From positions 1 to 64,000 of the forward strand of contig CAXHJY010000001.1 of NCBI GenBank assembly GCA_964016885.1: a stretch of 64,000 nucleotides of DNA. The letters are read 5' to 3'. The position numbers and the translations under genes were made by a program. Of this stretch, positions 17,254 through 30,500 are shown piece by piece; position 1 is the first letter of the stretch, and each line of letters begins with the position of its first letter. The notes below the pieces were generated by a model. It was given only the letters and a program-made list of their open reading frames with translations, searched no databases and was not told the DNA's origin. The stretch comes from Eledone cirrhosa (taxonomy: Eukaryota).

Positions 17254-17589
17254 ATACACTAACACTTTTGCCAATACTTTACGTATACTTAAGTGTAAAG
17301 GATACCTGTAGAACAAATAAAAATACAGTTTAATACCCTCAACCATCATTTATTTAAACTACACTGTCTATCCCACTGTCTAACAACTACTATATAGTTT
17401 GCTGCAGGGGCAGAGACACAATTTCAATGTTTGCCATATTTTCCCTTGTTACACCTCTGGTTACAAGTATATCATTTGCTTTATAGATGTTCATATTACA
17501 TGTTTTAAATTATATTTACAACTTACATAATTATGGAATATAATCTAATAAAGTTATGTTAAAAATATGACATATATTATTATCATTCT

Positions 17590-19260
17590 CACAGCAATAA
17601 TGCTCTTCTCAACATGTGTGTTGTACCAGTTAAGACAATATTTGTGCTTCTTGCAGTGATGAAAAACCAGAGATGATTCTAAAATAATTTTCTGTTCTTT
17701 TTTTACTATTCCTAGTGCTCCTACAATCACTGGTATTGTAACTGCCTTCAGATACCAAGTTTTTTTCTTTTTTTTCAATTTCAGTCTGCAAGTCTTTATA
17801 TTTTCTGAGCATGTCAAATTCTTTTGCCAAGATGTTGTGATCACATAGGATGCTCATATCAATCAATAAACAGACGTTGCTATGTTGGTCTTTTACAATG
17901 CTATCTGGTCTATTAGATTTGTGGTTCTGTCAGTATATACAGGAAAGTCTCAAAGTATTATTACTTTTTCTCCGTCAGTTACAGGCACAGGGTGATGATT
18001 CTACCACTTGTCAGCAGTTTTGATTTTATAATGCTGACATATTACCCAGTGTAGATATTGGCCAACTCTGTCATGTCTAGATTTGTACTGGGGCTAAAAC
18101 TTTACATCCAGAAACTAGGTGGTCCACTGATTCAACCTCAACATTGCAGAATCGGCACTTTGGATTTACTCCAGTCTCATCACGTTGGCCTGGTAATTCC
18201 GTGACAGTAAGCTTTGATCTTGGGCAGCTAAGATGAAGCCTTTGCTCTCTGATTTTAGCCATGAACTACGTAGCCACTTATGGGTGTGGCCCTGACCAAT
18301 ATCAGTTTGTTTGTTACAGGCCATATATTTGCCATGCAGAGGTTTCTACTCCCGCATCGATGTTAATTGTTCTTGTCCTTTTTTCTTAGCCCTTAATTTT
18401 ACTTCCTTTGCAGCAACAGTTGCCACAGTTCCCTAGGTCTGCCCAACCTGGATATCAAGCATGAGATCAGTAGGAAATATTTTGCTCTCTTTTAGGATAG
18501 AATGAAGCTTCTTACTTCTCTCATGTATTTTCAACGAGTTTCAGCATACAGTCATTTGTTGTTTCAAGATATTTAGCCAGTCCAATTCTGGTGGTTTTGT
18601 AAGGCAGTTCAAACTGGGTCAAGCCTCAGCCTCCTTGAATTCAGTGAATCCACATTTGCCTTTGGGTGGTACATCCTATTACAAGCCAGCAACTTACACA
18701 TTTTTCTGTCAATTCTCTTTTATTCAGTGATATTCTAGTTTGACACATTGAAGCTATAACTAGCAACTGGAATTGCTAAGGAATTTATGGCTGATTTCAG
18801 ATTTCAGAACTGCTTTTATTCTCCCATAATATTCCTTCCTTATCTTCTCTTTCATACTTGCATGCTGAATGCCAGAGCTTTCATTAATCCCTGTTTATAG
18901 GATTGTTCTTTTATAACTGTTTTAACATCTAATTCAACTTCCTTTTCTTGAAAGTGGCTTTGAGATACTGATCAAGGCCAAACTCCTTCCAATATCATCA
19001 CTGAATGCTTTCACAGTAGGTAAAAGGCCTTCAAGCTCGTCATTGTCTTAACCATATAGCTTTAAGTCTTCCATATAAAATAGATGGCTTATATTTTCCA
19101 GTTGTCAACTTTATGACCATAACTTGTTCTGTTAAGTTCAATTGTAAGGGGTATTACAGCTATGCAATATGTTAGACATGAAAGTCATGTTGGAAAATGC
19201 CACAGTGGATGTTGTTAGAACTTAGTAATCCATTGGGATAATATTGGAAATTGATGTTCC
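17590..19260 (-). pseudogene. Decayed R4/Dong-like (restriction-like endonuclease) non-LTR retrotransposon
   Basis: Minus-strand fragments: ENISHLFYMEDLKL near 19060-19100 (YMDD-type RT motif), CCHC knuckle KCRFCNVEVESVDHLVSGC (ORF 18077..18262), IDMSI...KYKDL and TIPVIVGALG (RLE domain), terminal KIVLTGTTHMLRRAL. Many frameshifts and stops; the 5' limit is approximate. Confidence 0.8.
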
Positions 19261-19545
19261 ATAAGGTTCTGAATTGGTAGAGTTGTTAGAACATCACATA
19301 GAATGTTTTGCATTATTCATTTTGACTCTGTTATTCAGTTCAAATCATGCAGAGGTCAACTTTGCCTTTTCAAGGTTGTTAAAAAAAAGTACCAGTCTAA
19401 TACTGGGGTCAATTCTTCCTCTTATATCTCTTTCTCACTTCCATTCTCTCACTGTCTCTATCCTTCTCTGAAAGAAGTCTGCTGTACTCATACCTGGAGA
19501 GGAGGCGGAGTCTGCCAGGTTTAATAACATGCCCTAGAAACGCTG

Positions 19546-20208
19546 TGTATCAATACAGTGCGCCTAAGACTCCCCCAAGAGTTACAGGACCATACAATGT
19601 ATCAATACAGAGCCCCTAAGACTTCCCCAAGAGTTACAGGACCATACTATGTATCAATACAGAGCCCCTAAGACTTCTCCAAGAGTTACAGGACCATACT
19701 ATGTATCAATACAGAGCCCCTAAGACTCCCCCAAGAGTTACAGGACCATACTATGTATCAATACAGAGCCCCTAAGACTCCCCCAAGAGTTACAGGACCA
19801 TACTATGTATCAATACAGTGCCCCTAAGACTTACCCAAGAGTTACAGGACCATGCCATGTATCAATACGGTGTCCCTAAGACTTCCCCAAGAGTTACAGG
19901 ACCATACTATGTATCAATACAGTACCCCTAAGACTTCCCCAAGAGTTACAGGACCATACTATGTATCAATACAGTGCCCCTAAGACTTCCCCAAGAGTTA
20001 CAGGACCATACTATGTATGAATACAGTGCCCCTAAGACTTCCCCAAGAGTTACTGGACCATGCTATGTATCAATACGGTACCCCTAAGACTCCCCCAAGA
20101 GTTACAGGACCATGCCATGTATCAATACGGTACCCCTAAGACTCCCCCAAGAGTTGCAGGACCACGCCATGTATCAATACAATGTTCCTAAGACTCCCCC
20201 AGGAGTTA
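19546..20208. repeat. 52-bp minisatellite, about 12.7 copies (TGTATCAATACAGAGCCCCTAAGACTTCCCCAAGAGTTACAGGACCATACTA)
   Basis: Units start at 19546, 19598 and onward, with few substitutions. Confidence 0.95.
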
Positions 20209-20517
20209 AATACATTTCTTCTCCAGTTCTCTGTATGATGAATTCAAATCCTACTTAGATCAATTTTACCTTTCACCAATTTCAGAGGTCTATAATTTTT
20301 TTCCCTTTATTTTGGCAGTTTCGGAGTCTTATACAAAAGGCAGACATAGCAGATTATTTCAAAAGCAGCGATTATCCATTGACTGTATTTGGATTCACTG
20401 ACAAAGCCTATTTCAATCTACCCCCAGAACGTAAAGCTGTTATCAGAGGTTTCAGTAAAGATGATCTGAAATATTTTATAAAATTTTTTACAGGTAACAA
20501 AATTAATTCTTAACCTT

Positions 20518-20875
20518 CTCTAATGATTTAATAGGAAATATCTAGAAGCAGGTTTGCTAATTCAAATGTTTATAGTATAGACAGATTATAGTGAAAATTT
20601 GCAGTATTATCTTTCAATATCCTTTAATGATTTAGCAAAAAATATCTAAAAACAGGTTTGTTAATTCAAATGTTTATAGTCTCTTTACTAGTGGACAGAT
20701 TGTTGTGAAAATGTGGAGTATTAGTGTACAGATTCTAATATTTAATGTGATACTGTAAATTATGCTAAAAATAATGTTCTGTATGTTAACTCTAAACATC
20801 CTTTAATGGTTTAGCAAAAACTTTAATTCAAATGTTTATAGTATCTTCGCTTGTGGACAAATTTGCAGTATTAGA
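20518..20875. repeat. Diverged triple direct repeat (about 90-110 bp units)
   Basis: TAATG.TTTA...TAATTCAAATGTTTATAGT...GACA.ATT...AGTATTA recurs near 20520, 20625 and 20803. Confidence 0.6.
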
Positions 20876-21198
20876 AAAAAGACTTTAATTTTTATTTGAT
20901 GTAATCATTGTTTTGTATTGTACTTTACAAGAATGTCTTATTCATGTGGTACAGGACGTTAAGAATTAAACTGAAATTCAAAGCAGTGGCTGTTGGTAGA
21001 GATCAATGTTCCTGGTATATGTTAGCAGCTAACCCTCTTTTGGCCATATTCATAATGGAATACACTCTTTCAATTAATGAAGAATTTTGAGGGATATACT
21101 AAAATTATTAATTATTTCATTATAAAGGTAGTAATTTAATTTATGCTTCTTTTATAAAATTATGTTAGAATATTTTAATTTAAATAGGAACAATTTAA

Positions 21199-21468
21199 CC
21201 CATTAACATTTAAACCGGCTGTATCTGGCCAAAATTCTCTCACGTCTTTCTGTTTAAACCAGCCATAACCAGTCGCTTATACCAATGTTAAGGTATTGTT
21301 CTCAACATAAATAATATCATTAAAATCTTGTACATTCGATATTATGTGGGATAATTATGTTAGACAGAGCCTTTACCACAAAAATACAATAGTAGCGTAA
21401 TGGGTTAAAATAGTAGAGTAATGGGAAAAAATAGTAGATTAATGGGTTAAAATGTAAATGCTAAAGGG
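21199..21468. mobile_element. piggyBac-type MITE (about 270 bp)
   Basis: TTAA|CCCATTAACATTT ... AAATGCTAAAGGG|TTAA gives a TTAA TSD and 11/13 TIR match. Extra TAATGGGTTAA end-like copies at 21398-21408 and 21440-21450 make the right boundary ambiguous. Confidence 0.7.
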
Positions 21469-21587
21469 TTAAAATGGGTGGGTTTCTTCCTTAGAACTAA
21501 AACCAATTTGGGCGGGTTTGGTAACAAAATGATTATTGTACACAAAGATCTTATGGCTTGTAGGGCAAATTATGTTCTATTAACAGT

Positions 21588-24500
21588 GAGCAACCACTAG
21601 GTACCACTGAACAACCACTAGATACAACTGAACAAACACTAGATACAACTGAACAAACACTAGATACAACTGAACAACCACTAGATACTAATGAACAACC
21701 ACTAGATACAACTGAACAACCACTAGATACAACTGAACAACCACTAGATACCACTGAACTACCACTAGATACAACTGAACAACCACTAGATACAACTGAA
21801 CAACCACTAGATACAACTGAACAACCACTAGATACCACTGAACAACCACTAGATACCACTGAACTACCACGAGATACTACTAAACTACCACTAGATACTA
21901 CTAAACTACCACTAGATACCACTGAACAACCACTAGATACCACTGAACAACCACTAGATGCCACTAAACAACCACTAGATACCGCTGTACAACCACTAGA
22001 TACCACTGATCTACGACTAGATACCACTGAACTACCACTAGATACCACTAAACAACCACTAGGTACTAACACTAAAGTACCACTGAACAGCCACTAGATG
22101 CTGCTAAACAACCACTAGATACCACTGAACTACCACTAGGTACCACTGAACTACCACTAGGTACCACTAAACTACTGCTAGATACCACTAATCTACTGCT
22201 AGATACCACTAAACAACCACTAGATATCACTAAACAACCACTAAATACCACTGAACAACCACTAGATACGACTGAACAATCACTAGATACCACTAAACAA
22301 CCACTAGATACCGCTGTACAACCACTAGATACCACTGTACAACCACTAAAACCCACTGAACAACCACTAGGTACAACTGAACAACCACTGGATACCATTG
22401 AACAACCACTAGATACCACTGAACAACCACTGGATACCACTGAACAACCACTAGATACCACTGAACAACCATTAGGTACCACTGAACAACCATTAGGTAC
22501 CACTGAACAACCATTAGATACCACTGAACAACCACTAGATACCACTAAACAACCACTAGATACTACCATTAAACAACCACTAGATACCACTGAACAACCA
22601 CTAGATACCACGAAGCAAGCACTAGATCTCACTGAATAACCACTAGGTACCACTGAATAACCACTAGGTACCACTGAACAACCACTAGGTACCACTGAAC
22701 TACCACTAGATACTACTAAACTACCACTAGATACTACTAAACTACCACTAGATACCACTGAACAACCACTAGATACCACTAGATGCCACTAAACAACCAC
22801 TAGATACCACTGATCTACGACTAGATACCACTGAACTACCACTAGATACCACTAAACAACCACTAGGTACTAACACTAAAGTACCACTGAACAGCCACTA
22901 GATGCTGCTAAACAACCACTAGATACCACTGAACTACCACTAGGTACCACTGAACTACCACTAGGTACCACTAAACTACTGCTAGATACCACTAATCTAC
23001 TGCTAGATACCACTAAACAACCACTAGATATCACTAAACAACCACTAAATACCACTGAACAACCACTAGATACGACTGAACAATCACTAGATACCACTAA
23101 ACAACCACTAGATACCGCTGTACAACCACTAGATACCACTGTACAACCACTAAAACCCACTGAACAACCACTAGGTACAACTGAACAACCACTGGATACC
23201 ATTGAACAACCACTAGATACCACTGAACAACCACTGGATACCACTGAACAACCACTAGATACCACTGAACAACCATTAGGTACCACTGAACAACCATTAG
23301 GTACCACTGAACAACCATTAGATACCACTGAACAACCACTAGATACCACTAAACAACCACTAGATACTACCATTAAACAACCACTAGATACCACTGAACA
23401 ACCACTAGATACCACTGAACAACCACTAGATACCACGAAGCAAGCACTAGATCTCACTGAATAACCACTAGGTACCACTGAATAACCACTAGGTACCACT
23501 GAACAACCACTAGGTACCACTGAACTACCACTAGATACTACTAAACTACCACTAGATACTACTAAACTACCACTAGATACCACTGAACAACCACTAGATA
23601 CCACTAGATGCCACTAAACAACCACTAGATACCACTGATCTACGACTAGATACCACTGAACTACCACTAGATACCACTAAACAACCACTAGGTACTAACA
23701 CTAAAGTACCACTGAACAGCCACTAGATGCTGCTAAACAACCACTAGATACCACTGAACTACCACTAGGTACCACTGAACTACCACTAGGTACCACTAAA
23801 CTACTGCTAGATACCACTAATCTACTGCTAGATACCACTAAACAACCACTAGATATCACTAAACAACCACTAAATACCACTGAACAACCACTAGATACGA
23901 CTGAACAATCACTAGATACCACTAAACAACCACTAGATACCGCTGTACAACCACTAGATACCACTGTACAACCACTAAAACCCACTGAACAACCACTAGG
24001 TACAACTGAACAACCACTGGATACCATTGAACAACCACTAGATACCACTGAACAACCACTAGATACCACTGAACAACCATTAGGTACCACTGAACAACCA
24101 TTAGGTACCACTGAACAACCATTAGATACCACTGAACAACCACTAGATACCACTAAACAACCACTAGATACTACCATTAAACAACCACTAGATACCACTG
24201 AACAACCACTAGATACCACGAAGCAAGCACTAGATCTCACTGAATAACCACTAGGTACCACTGAATAACCACTAGGTACCACTGAACAACCACTAGGTAC
24301 CACTGAACTACCACTAGATACTACTAAACTACCACTAGATACTACTAAACTACCACTAGATACCACTGAACAACCACTAGATACCACTGAACAACCACTA
24401 GATGCCACTAAACAACCACTAGATACCGCTGTACAACCACTAGATACCACTGATCTACGACTAGATACCACTGAACTACCACTAGATACCACTAAACAAC

Positions 24501-27500
24501 CACTAGGTACTAACACTAAAGTACCACTGAACAACCACTAGATACCACTGAACAACCACTGGATACCACTGAACAACCACTAGATACCACTGAACAACCA
24601 TTAGGTACCACTGAACAACCATTAGATACCACTGAACAACCACTAGATACCACTAAACAACCACTAGATACTACCATTAAACAACCACTAGATCTCACTG
24701 AATAACCACTAGGTACCACTGAATAACCACTAGGTACCACTGAACAACCACTAGGTACCACTGAACAACCACATGATACCACTAAACAACCAGTAGATAC
24801 CACTGTACAGCCACTAGATACCACTGAACAACCACTAAATACCACTGAACAACCACTAAATACCACTGAACAACCACTAAATACCACTGAACAACCACTA
24901 GATACCACTTAACAACCACTAGATACCACTGAACAACCACTAGATACTACCACTAAACAACCAGTAAACATCCACTTAACAACCAATAGGTACCACTGGA
25001 CAACCACTAGATACCACTAAACAACCAATAGATACCACTAGATACCACTGAACAACCAATAGATACCACTGAACAACCACTAGATACCATTAAACTACCA
25101 CTAGATACCACTGAACAACCACTAGATTCCACTGAACCATTAGATACCACTGTACAACCACTAGATACCACTAAACAACCACTAGATACCACTGAACAAC
25201 CACTAGATACTACCACTAAACAACCAGTAAACATCCACTTAACAACCAATAGGTACCACTGGACAACCACTAGATACCACTAAACAACCAATAGATACCA
25301 CTAGATACTACTTAACAACCACTAGATACCACTGAACAACCAATAGATACCACTGAACAACCACTAGATACCATTAAACTACCACTAGATACCACTGAAC
25401 AACCACTAGATTCCACTAAACAACCATTAGGTACCACTGAACAACCACTAGATACCATTAAACTACCACATGATACAACTAAACAACCACTAGATACCAC
25501 TAAACAGCCACTATATACCACTAAACAACCACTAGATACCACTGAACAACCACTAGATACCACTGAACAACCACTAGATATCACTGAACAACCACTAGGT
25601 ACCGCTGAACAACTACTGTATACCAATTAACAACCACTAGGTACCGCTGAACAACTACTGTATACCAATTAACAACCACTAGACACCACTAAACAACCAC
25701 TAGATACCACTGAACGACCACTAGATACCAACTGAACAACTACTGTATACCACTTAAGCAACCACTAAGTATCACTTAACAACCACTAGGTACCACTAAA
25801 CAACCACTAGATACTAACACTAAAGTAACACTAGATACCACTGAACAACCATTAGATACCACTGAACAACCTCTTGATACCACTAAACAACCACTTGATA
25901 CCACTAAACAACCACTTGATACCACTAAACAACCACTTGATACCACTAAACAACCACTAGATACCACTAAACAACCACTAGATACCAATAAACAGCCACT
26001 ATATACCACTGAACAACCACTTGATACCACTAAACAACCACTAGATACTACCACTAACCAACCACTGTATACCACTGAACAACCACTAGATATCACTGGA
26101 CAACCACTAGCTACCACTGAACAATCACTAGATACCACTAAACAACCACTAGATACCACTGAACAACCACTAGATACAACTGAACAACCACTGGATACCA
26201 CTGAACAACCACTAGATACTAATGAACAACCACTAGATATCACTGAACCACCACTAAACAACCACTAGATACCACTGGACAACCACTAGATACTACCACT
26301 AAACAACCACTAGATAACACTAAACAACCACTAGATAACACTAAACAACCACTAGGTACCACTGAACTACCACTAGGTACCACTAGATACCACTAAAAAA
26401 CCACTAGATACTACCACTAAACAACCACTAGATACTACCACTAAACAACCACTGTATACCACTGAACAACCACTAGGTACCACTGAACAACCACTAGATA
26501 CCACTGAACAACTACTGTATACCAATTAACAACCACTAAACAACCAATAGATACCACTGAACGACCACTAGATACCACTGAACAACTACTGTATACCACT
26601 TAACAAACACTAGGTACCACTGAACAACCACTAGATACCACTGAACAACTACTGTATACCAATTAACAACCACTAAACAACCAATAGATACCACTGAACG
26701 AACACTAGATACCACTGAACAACTACTGTATACCACTTAACAACCACTAGGTACCACTTAACAACCACTTGATACCACTAAACAACCACTAGATACCATT
26801 AAACTACCACTTGATACAACTAAACAACCACTAGAAACCACTAAACAGCCACTATATACCACTAAACAACCACTAGATACCACTGAACAACCACTAGATA
26901 CCACTGAACAACCACTAGATATCACTGAACAACCACTAGGTACCGCTGAACAACTACTGTATACCAATTAACAACCACTAGGTACCGCTGAACAACTACT
27001 GTATACCAATTAACAACCACTAGACACCACTAAACAACCACTAGATACCACTGAACGACCACTAGATACCAACTGAACAACTACTGTATACCACTTAAGC
27101 AACCACTAAGTATCACTTAACAACCACTAGGTACCACTAAACAACCACTAGATACTAACACTAAAGTAACACTAGATACCACTGAACAACCATTAGATAC
27201 CACTGAACAACCTCTTGATACCACTAAACAACCACTTGATACCACTAAACAACCACTTGATACCACTAAACAACCACTTGATACCACTAAACAACCACTA
27301 GATACCACTAAACAACCACTAGATACCAATAAACAGCCACTATATACCACTGAACAACCACTTGATACCACTAAACAACCACTAGATACTACCACTAACC
27401 AACCACTGTATACCACTGAACAACCACTAGATATCACTGGACAACCACTAGCTACCACTGAACTATCACTAGATACCACTAAACAACCACTAGATACAAC

Positions 27501-30500
27501 TGAACAACCACTGGATACCACTGAACAACCACTAGATACTAATGAACAACCACTAGATATCACTGAACCACCACTAAACAACCACTAGATACCACTGGAC
27601 AACCACTAGATACTACCACTAAACAACCACTAGATAACACTGAACAACCACTAGATAACACTAAACAACCACTAGATAACACTAAACAACCACTAGGTAC
27701 CACTGAACTACCACTAGGTACCACTAGATGCCACTAAAAAACCACTAGATACTACCACTAAACAACCACTAGATACTACCACTAATCAACCACTGTATAC
27801 CACTGAACAACCACTAGGTACCACTGAACAACCACTAGATACCACTGAACAACTACTGTATACCAATTAACAACCACTAAACAACCAATAGATACCACTG
27901 AACGACCACTAGATACCACTGAACAACTACTGTATACCACTTAACAAACACTAGGTACCACTGAACAACCACTAGATACCACTGAACAACTACTGTATAC
28001 CAATTAACAACCACTAAACAACCAATAGATACCACTGAACGAACACTAGATACCACTGAACAACTACTGTATACCACTTAACAACCACTAGGTACCACTT
28101 AACAACCACTTGATACCACTAAACAACCACTAGATACCACTAAATAACCACTAGATACTACAACTAAACAACCACTAGATACCACTAAACAACCACTAGA
28201 TACCACTAAACAACCACTAGATACAACTAAACAACCACTAGATACCACTAAACAACCACTAGATACCACTGAACGACCACTAGATACCACTGAACGACCA
28301 CTAGATACCACTGAACAACCACTAGATGCCACTGAACAACCACTAGATGCCACTAAACAACCACTAGATACCACTGAACAACCACTAGATACCACTAAAC
28401 AACCACTAAATACCACTAAACAACCACTAGATACTACAACTAAACAACCACTAGATACCACTAAACAACCACTAGATGCCACTGGACAACCACTAGATGC
28501 CACTACACAACCACTAGATACCACTAAACAACCACTAGATACCACTAAACAACCACTAGATACAACTAAACAACCACTAGATACCACTGAGCAACCACTA
28601 GATACCACTGAACAACCATTAGATACAACTGAACAACCACTAGTCAACCACTAGATACCACTGAACAACCACTAGATACCACTGAACAACCACTAGATAT
28701 CACTGAACAACCACTAGATACCACTAAACAACCACTAGATACCACTGAACAACCACTAGATACCACTGAACAACTACTGTATACCAATTAATAACCACTA
28801 AACAACCAATAGATACCACTGAACGACCACTAGATACCACTGAACAACTACTGTATACCACTTAACAACCACTAGGTACCACTGAACAACCACTAAACAA
28901 CCACTAGATACCACTGAACAACCACTAGATACCACTGAACAACCACTAGATACCACTGAACAACCACTAGATACCACTGAACAACCACTAGATACCACTG
29001 AACAACCATTAGATACCACTAAACAACCACTAGATACCACTGAACAACCACTAGATGCCACTGGACAACCACTAGATGCCACTACACAACCACTAGATAC
29101 CACTAAACAACCACTAGATACCACTAAACAACCACTAGATACCACTGAACAACCACTAGATACAACTGAACAACCACTAGATACAACTGAACAACCACTA
29201 GATACCACTAAACAACCACTAGATACCGCTAAACTACCACTAGGTACCACTGAACTACCACTAGGTACCACTAAACTACCACTAGATACCACTAAAAAAC
29301 CACTAGATACTACCACTGAACAACCACTAGATACTACCACTAAACAACCACTAGATATCACTGAACAACCACTAGGTACCACTGAATAACCACTAGGTAC
29401 CACTGAACAAGCAATAGATACCACTAAACAACCAGTAGATACCACTGTACAGCCACTAGATACCACTGAACAACCACTAGATACCACTGAACAACCACTA
29501 GATACCACTAAACAACCACTAGATACCGCTAAACTACCACTAGGTACCACTGAACTACCACTAGGTACCACTGAACTACCACTAGGTACCACTAAACTAC
29601 CACTAGATACCACTAAAAAACCACTAGATACCACTAAAAAACCACTAGATACTACCACTGAACAACCACTAGATACTACCACTAAACAACCACTAGATAT
29701 CACTGAACAACCACTAGGTACCACTGAACAAGCAATAGATACCACTGTACAGCCACTAGATACCATTAAACAACCACTAGATACCACTGGACAACCACTA
29801 GATACTACCACTAAACAACCACTAGATACCACTGAACAACCACTAGATACCACTAAACAACCACTAGATACCACTAAACAACCACTAGATACCACTAAAC
29901 AACCACTAGATACCACTAAACTACCACTAGGTACCACTGAACTGCCACTAGGTACCACTAAACTACCACTAGATACCACTAAAAAACCACTAGATACTAC
30001 CACTAAACAACCACTAGATACTACCACTAATCAACCACTGTATACCACTGAACAACCACTAGCTACCACTGAACGATCACTAGATACCACTAAACAACCA
30101 CTAGATACCGCTGTACAGCCACTAGATACCACTGAACAACCACTAGATACCACTGAACAACCACTAGATACAACTGAACAACCACTAGATACCACTGGAT
30201 ACCACTGAACAACCACTAGATACTAATGAACAACCACTAGATACAACTGAACAACCACTAGATACAACTGAACAACCACTAGATACCACTGAACTACCAC
30301 TAGATACTACTAAACTACCACTAGATACCACTGAACAACCACTAGATACCACTGAACAACCACTAGATACCACTAAACAATCACTAGATGCCACTAAACA
30401 ACCATTAGATACCGCTGTACAACCACTAGATACCACTGAACTACCACTAGATACTAACACTAAAGTACCACTGAACAGCCACTAGATGCTGCTAAACAAC

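Larger units (their letters stand above)
15291..17459. mobile_element. Non-autonomous hAT-type DNA transposon carrying a nested Helitron and a 41-bp minisatellite
   Basis: TIRs CAGAGGCGTAAC (15291-15302) / GTTACACCTCTG (17448-17459) match at 11/12. Perfect 8-bp TSD GTTACAAG at 15283-15290 and 17460-17467. No transposase ORF. Confidence 0.85.

Noticed and set aside
16807-20208. 41-bp and 52-bp arrays as CRISPR arrays
   Set aside because: Units are head-to-tail with no unique spacers; no cas genes; eukaryotic context.
19274-21090. Small ORFs 19274..19471, 19303..19524 and 20908..21090 as host exons
   Set aside because: Short, AT-rich, no recognisable domain or convincing splice structure. A small host exon cannot be fully excluded without RNA data.
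22060-22080. Recurring TACTAAC (branch-point consensus) and AG|GTAC donor-like motifs in satellite variants
   Set aside because: They are one or two substitutions away from the consensus GATACTACCACT/AGATAC, lack a polypyrimidine tract, and recur only through block duplication.
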